Origin: a virus | Lineage: Duplodnaviria > Caudoviricetes | Length of the DNA stretch: 24,151 nucleotides | Reading direction: 5' to 3' (one strand) | Virus record (IMG/VR): IMGVR_UViG_3300049780_000027 | Span: 1 to 24,151 of that record | The notes under the pieces: model-generated | The model's input: the letters and a program-made list of their open reading frames with translations, nothing else | What the model was told of the DNA's origin: nothing | The model's database searches: none | In this document: positions 1-6,625 of the stretch, one piece after another | Layout of the letters: each line of letters starts with the position of its first letter | Position numbering within the stretch: position 1 is the stretch's first letter | Made by a program: the position numbers and the translations under genes

Positions 1-327
1 CGGTTCCACCGGTGGCTGCCACGTTCTGGGACGCATGAATCACGGATCCTCTCCCTGACCCCGACCGAAGACGCGATCAGGCAGAGGTATCACAAATCCC
101 GCCGGAGCTACATGACCGACGCTCTAGTCGAGGAGCCCGGCAACGACCCCGACATCGGATACGTCCGGCTGCTGCGTCCCGTCGAGAACCGCGTCCGCAC
201 CTTCGACATCACGCCGCAGGCCGCAGTAGACGTAGCCGAGATCTTCACCGGTATCGACATCCGGGACCTGACGGCTATCTGCCAGGCCCTCCAGCGCGCC
301 GGCATTGTGCTCGGCGCCCGCCCGTAA
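1..327 (+). CDS. Hypothetical protein, 5'-truncated by window edge
   Basis: Frame of the 112..327 ORF is open back to base 1 (RFHRWLPRSG...IVLGARP*); no recognisable motif. Confidence 0.6.
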   Translation, partial: RFHRWLPRSGTHESRILSLTPTEDAIRQRYHKSRRSYMTDALVEEPGNDPDIGYVRLLRPVENRVRTFDITPQAAVDVAEIFTGIDIRDLTAICQALQRAGIVLGARP

Positions 328-342
328 CCCCAGCTATAAACC

Positions 343-380
343 GGTCCCCGGCCAGGCGACCCTACCGCCGGCCGGGGACC
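343..380 (+). promoter_or_regulatory. Intergenic GC-rich stem-loop (terminator or RNA-stability element)
   Basis: GGTCCCCGGCC (343-353) / GGCCGGGGACC (370-380) perfect 11-bp arms plus inner GGCG/CGCC; no U tract. Confidence 0.5.
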
Positions 381-415
381 TCAACCCGACCCCTGCCAGA
401 CAGGAGAAGGATCTG

Positions 416-1306
416 ATGCAAGAACTTACGGCCCCCACCGGTCAAGCGGTAGAGCGGCCTCTGAGCCCGCCCGGCCGCTTCTGGGCGATCGGCGTGCTCG
501 TCCTCGCCGCCCTGGTGTCCATGAGCATGAACACCTGGCACGCCTGGAACGCCACCAGCCTGCCGAAGCCGCTTGCGATCCTCTACGGTGTCGCCCCCGT
601 CGCCCTGGCCGCGATGCAGTCCCATGCGGTCGCGCTCCGGGCGCTCCGCAAGGAGAAGGTGGGCGTGTTCCGCCGGACACTCACCTTCTCCCTCGTGATC
701 GGAGGCCTCGGACTCAGTTTCCTCGGGATCTACGACCTGCTGCGGCACGCCGTACCCGACCCGATCCCGGCCGTACCTATCCACGAGCCTGCGGTGTTCT
801 TCTCGATCGTCATCGACCTCATGGCGCTGGCCGCCCTTCACGAGCTGCTGCGCGAATCTCCGTCGCTCGTGAGCGCGGTGCAGGCGGCCGAGGCTGTACC
901 TGAGCCCGTGGCCGAGCCCGCCGCAGTGGAGGCCGAGAGGGTCACCCTGACCCCTGCGAGAATGGAACCAATTGGTTCCATTCCGGCCTCCGTTAGGGCC
1001 GACGCAACCGGTGTACCTGACCCGATCATCGGTGTACCTCCGCAGGCCAGCGACCGAGCATCTAACAACGCCTCGGTCTCTGACGTCGACATGAATGAGC
1101 CGGTGTTCAGCGAGCAGGTACAGTCCGACCGTGCCGACGATCTGGATGCTCCTTACCGGCCGGTAGCGGTGGCGCAGTTCCTCGGGGAGGTGGCTCAGGG
1201 TGAGCCTCCGTCCGTCCGGACGATCAAGGACCGGATGGGCGTAGGTACAGACCGGGCCCGCCGCCTGCAGACGTACCTCGGTGGCCTGGTGGAGGTGTCT
1301 CGATGA
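416..1306 (+). CDS. Spd/DUF2637-like membrane protein with C-terminal HTH-like domain (296 aa)
   Basis: ATG 416 after AGGAGAAGG; about four hydrophobic helices, an Ala/Pro/Glu linker, and C-terminal PPSVRTIKDRMGVGTDRARRLQ typical of actinomycete spread proteins; ATGA-coupled to traB. Confidence 0.7.
   Translation: MQELTAPTGQAVERPLSPPGRFWAIGVLVLAALVSMSMNTWHAWNATSLPKPLAILYGVAPVALAAMQSHAVALRALRKEKVGVFRRTLTFSLVIGGLGLSFLGIYDLLRHAVPDPIPAVPIHEPAVFFSIVIDLMALAALHELLRESPSLVSAVQAAEAVPEPVAEPAAVEAERVTLTPARMEPIGSIPASVRADATGVPDPIIGVPPQASDRASNNASVSDVDMNEPVFSEQVQSDRADDLDAPYRPVAVAQFLGEVAQGEPPSVRTIKDRMGVGTDRARRLQTYLGGLVEVSR
960..983. repeat. Perfect 24-bp palindrome inside CDS
   Basis: GAATGGAACCAATTGGTTCCATTC equals its own reverse complement. 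Confidence 0.9.
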
Positions 1307-3081
1307 TGGCCACCGATACCTTCAACCGCCCGCAGACGCCGTCCGGGTTCTGGGCCAAGCCGCCCAGCCGTACCCGGCGGGTGATCCATGTGCTGCGGCA
1401 GGGCAAGTACGGCCGGCGCACCCTGAAGTTCACCGCACGGTCCGCTACGGCGCCGGTCGCTGGCACCACCAAGCTCGCCTCGACGGTCTGGCACTGGATC
1501 CGGGCGGACGACTACGCGGGCGCCGACGACCTGGTGTTCCGGGAGAAGGTACGGACCCGCCGGCGTCGTACAGCGTGGATGACCGGGCTCGGCTACCTCG
1601 CCTCAACCGCGGCGGGCACGTGGCTGTGGACGCCGGCCACGCCTTACCTGGCGCTGGCCGCGCTCGCCACAGCGGGCACGGCGGTCGAGGTGCGCAAGCG
1701 GGTCGCGGGCAAGCCGCTCCCGTTCAAGCTGCCCGGCCGGAAGGGCGGCACCCCGCAGGAGAACCAGGTGGTGCGGGCGGCGATAGATGCCAAGCTCGGC
1801 CGCGCGGAGGGCATGAAGCTCGCCACGCCGATACTCACTGAAGAGGGCGGCTGGACAACGATCCTGCAGCTCCCTCCCGGGCAGCGTGCCCGCGCCTGTC
1901 TCGGCAAGGAAGCCGACTTCGCGTCCGCGCTCGGCGTCGGCGAGTCGCAGGTCGTGTTCGAGCTGGTTGACTCCCACGCCGGGCGGCTGGTCGTGTACGT
2001 GTCCCAGAGCGACCCCTTTTTGAAGGTGTACCGGTCGCCGCTGATCGGCTGGACGGCGCCGCTCGACTTCTGGCACGGCATCGCGGCTGGGATGAATGGC
2101 CGAGGCCAGATGGAGACGCTACGCCTCGTCGATGCCTCGCTGTTGGTCGCGGGCGAGCCTCGCGCTGGTAAGAGCGCTGCGGTGAACACGATCATCGGCA
2201 CTGCGGCGTTGGCGGTCACCCCCAAGATCCACCTGTGGGACGGCAAGGGCGCAGGCGACCACCGGCCGTGGCGGCGGATCGCCGAGACGGCGGAGAAGCG
2301 CAACGCGCCTGGCCTGCTCGCGCACCTGAAGAACATGCAAGCGCAGATGGAGCGCGTGTTCGACATGCTCGACGAGGCAGGTGGATCCACGAAGCTCACG
2401 CCTGAGCTGTGCCGGCAGTTCGGCGTGGACGTCGAGCTGACGGTCGTGGACGAGACCCGTTACTACGTCACCTCCCCGCAGGGCTCCGAGATCGTTGAGG
2501 TGATGGTGGACATCGCCTCGCGCGGTCCGGCCGCCGGGGTGCTGCTCGTGCTGGCAACTCAGCGGATGACCAAGGATGCGATCCCGCCCGAGCTGAAGGG
2601 CGTCTGTTCGCTGCGGTGGGCGATGCGCTGCCCCGACGTGATCGCGTCCAACGCGGTGCTCGGCGCCGGTGCCGCCGGTGCCGGCTACGACGCGTCCGAC
2701 ATCCCCAGGTCGCATCGTGGCGTCGGCATCCTCGACGCGGACGGCTCCGACCCGGTCAAGCTCCGCTCCTACTTCCTCGACGACGCCGGGACGGATCTGC
2801 AGGACGTGGCCACGGTGGCGTACGAGCTGCGGCGCGCGGCGGGCACTCTGCCCGAACGGGAGCGGCCTGCCGACAACCTGGCGGAACTTGAGGCGATCCT
2901 GTCGGCTTTCGGCGACGACGACAAGCTGTTGCCCGACGAGCTCGCCGAGCGTCTCGGCTGGCATCGGGCAAAGCTCACGACCGAACTGGACGGCGTCCCG
3001 GTGAGGCAGATCTGGCGGGACGGCGCCAACGCTGGCCGTGGCTACAAGCGCGACGACATCGCCGCTAGAACGGACCGCTAG
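1303..3081 (+). CDS. traB: TraB/TraSA-type FtsK/SpoIIIE conjugative DNA translocase
   Basis: N-terminal TM segments, Walker A AGEPRAGKS, Walker B LTVVDE, LVLATQR motif, C-terminal wHTH ending RQIWRDG...RGYKRDDI. Confidence 0.88.
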   Translation: MMATDTFNRPQTPSGFWAKPPSRTRRVIHVLRQGKYGRRTLKFTARSATAPVAGTTKLASTVWHWIRADDYAGADDLVFREKVRTRRRRTAWMTGLGYLASTAAGTWLWTPATPYLALAALATAGTAVEVRKRVAGKPLPFKLPGRKGGTPQENQVVRAAIDAKLGRAEGMKLATPILTEEGGWTTILQLPPGQRARACLGKEADFASALGVGESQVVFELVDSHAGRLVVYVSQSDPFLKVYRSPLIGWTAPLDFWHGIAAGMNGRGQMETLRLVDASLLVAGEPRAGKSAAVNTIIGTAALAVTPKIHLWDGKGAGDHRPWRRIAETAEKRNAPGLLAHLKNMQAQMERVFDMLDEAGGSTKLTPELCRQFGVDVELTVVDETRYYVTSPQGSEIVEVMVDIASRGPAAGVLLVLATQRMTKDAIPPELKGVCSLRWAMRCPDVIASNAVLGAGAAGAGYDASDIPRSHRGVGILDADGSDPVKLRSYFLDDAGTDLQDVATVAYELRRAAGTLPERERPADNLAELEAILSAFGDDDKLLPDELAERLGWHRAKLTTELDGVPVRQIWRDGANAGRGYKRDDIAARTDR

Positions 3082-3163
3082 GCGGCTGCTAGGGGCCGGA
3101 TCGTTGCTAGACCTAGCCCCGGCTCTAACAGCCGCCCCACCTGCGCTCTAGCGCCTCTAGCAG
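3062..3163. repeat. Putative clt (cis-acting locus of transfer): 8-bp repeats, consensus YYGCTAGR
   Basis: CTAG at 3065, 3078, 3089, 3107 (forward-type units) and 3113, 3148, 3157 plus CTAA at 3125 (inverted-type units), directly at the traB 3' end. Confidence 0.7.
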
Positions 3164-3226
3164 CCCACTCACCCCCCACTCAGATGTTGCCCATGGGCAA
3201 CGTTGGCCCCCCCGAAGGGACACACC

Positions 3227-3406
3227 GTGGAACTCGTGATCGTCGGCCTGGCCCTGTTGACGCTCGCCCTGTTATGGGACCGTTCGCGATACCCGCGAAG
3301 GTTCTGCCGGCCGTGTAAGGGCACAGGCCGGAGAAGGTCATGGCTCAACCGGCAAGCGTTCCGCGTGTGCTCGCGGTGCGGCGGCAAGGGACAGCTGCGG
3401 CGCTAG
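3227..3406 (+). CDS. Small membrane-anchored protein with DnaJ-like zinc finger (59 aa)
   Basis: GTG 3227 after GAAGGGA; N-terminal TM, CRPCKGTG and CSRCGGKG motifs. Confidence 0.7.
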   Translation: MELVIVGLALLTLALLWDRSRYPRRFCRPCKGTGRRRSWLNRQAFRVCSRCGGKGQLRR

Positions 3407-3897
3407 CCGATGTAAGGTTCCGTGCCCCCGAGACCATGGTCTATCCGTAGCCGGATCGCGGGATGGATCTGAAAATCATTGAGGGCTCCGGGCTCGATCC
3501 AGCGCACCTCATGCGCTTCGGTCGGCTCCGGCCGTACGTCCCCGCCGGTGACACGGGCGCGCAGGCACACGTTGATGGGCTGCCGCACCTCGTCCACCTT
3601 CTTGCCGTGCATGTACACGATGACGTGGTCGGGCGTGGAGAACACGCCCACCAGGCCGATCACCTCGACGTCGAGGCCGGTCTCCTCGCGGCACTCCCGT
3701 ACGCCCGCCTGCGCGACCGTCTCGCCTTTCTTCACCCCGCCCGTGGGGATCGTCCACAGGTCGTTGTCCGTTCGGCGCAGCAGCAGCAGGCGGCCCGCCT
3801 CGTCCCGGACGAATACCGACGCTGACGCCTTACGGCTTGTCGGTGTCGGAGCGTCCGGATCCTGCCAGTGGTCGATGCGCCGTGTTCGCTTGCTCAC
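3403..3897 (-). CDS. Nudix (MutT-family) hydrolase
   Basis: Complete Nudix box GGVKKGETVAQAGVRECREETGL; GTGA-coupled to upstream regulator. Confidence 0.92.
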   Translation of the reverse strand: MSKRTRRIDHWQDPDAPTPTSRKASASVFVRDEAGRLLLLRRTDNDLWTIPTGGVKKGETVAQAGVRECREETGLDVEVIGLVGVFSTPDHVIVYMHGKKVDEVRQPINVCLRARVTGGDVRPEPTEAHEVRWIEPGALNDFQIHPAIRLRIDHGLGGTEPYIG

Positions 3898-4634
3898 GCT
3901 GCTTCACCGCGCTCCCACGGCCTCGCGGACGCCCACACCCGCTCGAACGACTCCAGGTAGGTGTTGAACCACGCCCCGTCCATCCTGCGCAGATGGATCG
4001 TGGGCGTATAGGCGGCGAGCATCCCGTACACGTGGATGTTCACCAGCATCTCGTCATCGAACCGGTAGATGCTGTTGTACAGCGGGGTGTCGTGCAATCT
4101 GATCTGCACGACTGGCGGCATGCGCTGGCCGTAGTAGTTGAGCACTGAGGTGACCCGCCCGGCGACACCGCCGCCGATCTGGTGCTCTGCGTCACGGGAG
4201 GCGAGCTGCGCGCCCTGCGGATCGCCGAGCAGTAGCCGCACCCGCACGCCAGCCTTTGCCTTGCCCGCCAGGGTGGGTAGCCAGTCGGGGTGCTCCTCCG
4301 TCAGGAACAGGCCGGCGAACGCCAGTAGATCGACGTTGCGCTCGGCGTTGCGGAGCGTCTCCGTCCACAGGTGGCGGGGCACGTCGTTGCGGCGCGGATA
4401 GGAGGCGATCACCTCGGCACCCACGAGCGATGCCTTGTCGATGGCATCCGGCCACAGATACGACTCGTCCTCTTCGAGGATGGCGGCGACCCGATACCGG
4501 GTCTTGGGGTACGGGACTACCGTCCCGTGAAGCCAGCGCTCGACGGACTTGACGCTGACCTCGGCCAGATCCGCGAGCTGTTGGGGGTCGAGCCCCGCGC
4601 GGAGAATGGTCCGGCGTAGGCGTTCGTTCACCAT
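3894..4634 (-). CDS. XRE-family HTH regulator with DUF5919-like C-terminal domain (246 aa)
   Basis: NERLRRTILRAGLDPQQLADLAEVSVKSVERWL HTH; C-terminal VRVRLLLGDP...IRLHDTPLYNSIYRFDDEMLVN...YLESFERVW; start placed at ATG 4634 rather than ORF-track 4892. Confidence 0.85.
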   Translation of the reverse strand: MVNERLRRTILRAGLDPQQLADLAEVSVKSVERWLHGTVVPYPKTRYRVAAILEEDESYLWPDAIDKASLVGAEVIASYPRRNDVPRHLWTETLRNAERNVDLLAFAGLFLTEEHPDWLPTLAGKAKAGVRVRLLLGDPQGAQLASRDAEHQIGGGVAGRVTSVLNYYGQRMPPVVQIRLHDTPLYNSIYRFDDEMLVNIHVYGMLAAYTPTIHLRRMDGAWFNTYLESFERVWASARPWERGEAA

Positions 4635-4745
4635 GGCGGCATCCTGCCTTAAGGACATCCAGTGCCGTCTAGTTGACTGCAAGATGTCGCCAGGTGTCCA
4701 GTGGTGACGGCGCGCTGTCCCCTGGCTACCGAACATGCTGCGTCC
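4635..4745. promoter_or_regulatory. Divergent promoter region with candidate operator repeats and leaderless -10
   Basis: GGACATCC (4653-4660) inverted relative to AGATGTCG (4682-4689) and AGGTGTCC (4692-4699); CATGCT at 4734-4739 lies 6 nt before ATG 4746, which lacks an RBS. Confidence 0.45.
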
Positions 4746-4973
4746 ATGAGCCGAGCCGCCCCAGATCAACTGGCCAACCTGCGCGCCGCCTACTGCGCCA
4801 ATTGGACCATCTGGCAGAGCGATGCAGGCGCCCACTACGCGACCCGTCGTCGCGTTCTCCGTGACGCCGAGATTGACGCCGGCCTCGCGCAAACGGTGGC
4901 CGCCGACGACGCAACCGCCCTGGCCGAACGACTGCGCACCCAGGAAGGGCTACTGGGGCCGGAAGCCAGATGA
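4746..4973 (+). CDS. Small hypothetical protein (75 aa)
   Basis: MSRAAPDQLANLRAAY...WTIWQSDAGAHYATRRR...QTVAADDATALAERL, resembling small actinomycete mobile-element proteins. Confidence 0.7.
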   Translation: MSRAAPDQLANLRAAYCANWTIWQSDAGAHYATRRRVLRDAEIDAGLAQTVAADDATALAERLRTQEGLLGPEAR

Positions 4974-4997
4974 CCGCACTCCCCGGCCTGCCGGCTG

Positions 4998-5094
4998 CCG
5001 GTGCTGCAGGCGGCGGGCCCGGGGTTCCAAGGCTCCACGAGCTAGCAGAGCCGCGCCGGCCCGGCCGCACCCGGGCTCGCCGCCGCACCACCGG
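4998..5094 (+). other. Candidate structured RNA / long imperfect inverted repeat
   Basis: 4998-5023 pairs with 5070-5094 (24 pairs including one G-U, one mismatch, one bulge) around inner GGCTC/GAGCC hairpin. Confidence 0.5.
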
Positions 5095-5096
5095 AA

Positions 5097-5339
5097 GTGA
5101 TTCACATGCACACCTGGGTACCGCACGCCCCACAAAGGCTCTGGCGTGTCGCCGAGACCTCCTGCCGCTGCGAGGCATACATCCTGTGCTTCGAGCTGGC
5201 CGAGTACTACGTCCTGCGCCGCACCGCTGCGGGGACGCTGGAGGAGACCGCCAGAGGCAGCTACGGCCGCGCGGTCGCCGCGTGGGCGGACCTCACCGAG
5301 CAGCACCGGCAGGAGGCGCACCAGGCGGTGGCGTCGTGA
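5097..5339 (+). CDS. Small hypothetical protein with CxC...C motif (start GTG 5097 or ATG 5106)
   Basis: GC3-rich frame, TSCRCEAYILC...YVLRRT; stop overlaps next GTG. Confidence 0.65.
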   Translation: MIHMHTWVPHAPQRLWRVAETSCRCEAYILCFELAEYYVLRRTAAGTLEETARGSYGRAVAAWADLTEQHRQEAHQAVAS

Positions 5340-5722
5340 TCGCCGTCCTGCAGATAGTCGCCGCGATATGGGCCGGCGGCACCCTGCTGAGCATCCCTGC
5401 CGCGTACGAGGCCCTGGGGCGGCTCACCGCCCACGATCCGCAGCAGATGTGTCCCGGCTGCCGTACGCGCCGCCAGCAGCAGCAGCAGGTAGAGACCGAG
5501 TGGTCCGCGTTAAGTCGCGCAGGGGTCGGGCTGATGGTCATCGCCGCGGCGACACGCTGGTGGATCGTGCCGCTCATTGACCTGTGCCAGCGAAAGACAC
5601 GATGCTCCGGGCCGCCCTGCGCAGCAGCTCGTAGGAGAACCCAACCCACCCAACAGCCTGTCCACGCTCCCTCTCATAGAAAGGCGAGACGCGATGCCCG
5701 CACCCCCCAGTCCCATTCCTGA
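5336..5722 (+). CDS. Hypothetical membrane protein with CxxC (128 aa)
   Basis: GTGA coupling at 5336; two hydrophobic segments, CPGC; overlaps radical SAM start by 29 nt. Confidence 0.5.
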   Translation: MIAVLQIVAAIWAGGTLLSIPAAYEALGRLTAHDPQQMCPGCRTRRQQQQQVETEWSALSRAGVGLMVIAAATRWWIVPLIDLCQRKTRCSGPPCAAARRRTQPTQQPVHAPSHRKARRDARTPQSHS

Positions 5723-6623
5723 GCTGGGCTTTGTCTGGCTCGAAGTGACCGGCCGATGCCAGCTCGAATGCCTGCACTGCTACGCCGACTCCGGCCCGAA
5801 GGGGACGCACGGCAGCATGGACTACTTCGACTGGATTGCCGCGATCGACCAGGCCGCCGGCCTCGGTGTGTCCATGGTGCAGATGATCGGCGGCGAGCCC
5901 ACCCTCTATCAGGGGCTCCCTGGCCTGATCGCGCACGCGCTCTCCCGCGACGTCGAGGTGGAGGTGTACTCGAACCTCGTACACATCCGCCCCGAGATGT
6001 GGGAGACGTTCGCCCTGCCCGGCGTCCGGCTGGCAACCAGCTACTACACCGACGATCCGTCCGAGCACCGGCGCATCACCGGACGGGGCACCACCCTGCA
6101 CCGCACCCGCAACAACATCGCCCAGGCCCTCGCGATGAGCATCCCGCTGCGGGTCGGCATCATCGACCTCGGCGGCGGCCAGCGCGTCGAGCAGGCACAG
6201 GCGCAGCTTGCCGACCTCGGTGTCACCAACATGGGCATCGACCGGATGCGGCTGCTCGGCCGGCCCGCTCGCGGTGCCTGCGACGCCTCCGAGCTGTGCG
6301 GGCGATGCGGTGATGGGAAGCTCGCCATCCTGCCTGACGGCAGCGTGGCGCCCTGCCCGCTCGGGCGCTGGCTTTCCGCTGGCGACGTCCGCGACGAGTC
6401 GCTAGCGTCCCTCGCAGGGCAGGTTCACCAGGTCGCCCGACAGGTGATCGGCCCGGCCCGGCCGGACGCGTGCAAGCCCCCGTGCGAACCGCAGTGCCAC
6501 CCCGGCCAAAACCAGTGCTCGCCCGACAAAGACGGGTGCGTCCCTCAGTCGAACTGCAACCCGGCCAAGCCGTGCAAGCCGCAGAACCCGTGCCAGCCCG
6601 ACGTCACACCGCCGAAGAGGTGA
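5694..6623 (+). CDS. Radical SAM protein, SPASM/twitch family, with C-terminal (CxP)8 tail (309 aa)
   Basis: ATG 5694 after AGAAAGG; CQLECLHC (CX3CX2C), IGGEPT, VYSNL, twitch-like CGDGKLAILPDGSVAPC. Confidence 0.92.
   Translation: MPAPPSPIPELGFVWLEVTGRCQLECLHCYADSGPKGTHGSMDYFDWIAAIDQAAGLGVSMVQMIGGEPTLYQGLPGLIAHALSRDVEVEVYSNLVHIRPEMWETFALPGVRLATSYYTDDPSEHRRITGRGTTLHRTRNNIAQALAMSIPLRVGIIDLGGGQRVEQAQAQLADLGVTNMGIDRMRLLGRPARGACDASELCGRCGDGKLAILPDGSVAPCPLGRWLSAGDVRDESLASLAGQVHQVARQVIGPARPDACKPPCEPQCHPGQNQCSPDKDGCVPQSNCNPAKPCKPQNPCQPDVTPPKR
6471..6620 (+). repeat. Cys-x-Pro peptide repeat (8 copies in 50 aa)
   Basis: CKPP CEPQ CHPGQNQ CSPDKDG CVPQSN CNPAKP CKPQNP CQPDVTPPKR. Confidence 0.9.
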
Positions 6624-6625
6624 CC

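Noticed and set aside
3227-3406. CxxCxGxG x2 peptide as a tetracysteine imiditide-type precursor for the methyltransferase
   Set aside because: Has an N-terminal TM, no Asp between the Cys pairs, and lies over 3 kb away in the transfer operon
4635-4892. Extended N-terminus of the XRE regulator
   Set aside because: HTH begins right after ATG 4634, and the extension overlaps the divergent gene at 4746
5018-5040. GGTTCCAA resembling a tRNA T-loop or att core
   Set aside because: No cloverleaf or anticodon arm could be built
5474-5488. (CAG)5 run as contingency locus
   Set aside because: Short and in-frame; encodes Q5 and cannot shift frame
6470-6625. N-terminal extension of the methyltransferase ORF
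   Set aside because: Overlaps the rSAM tail in another frame; GAAGAGG RBS supports ATG 6626
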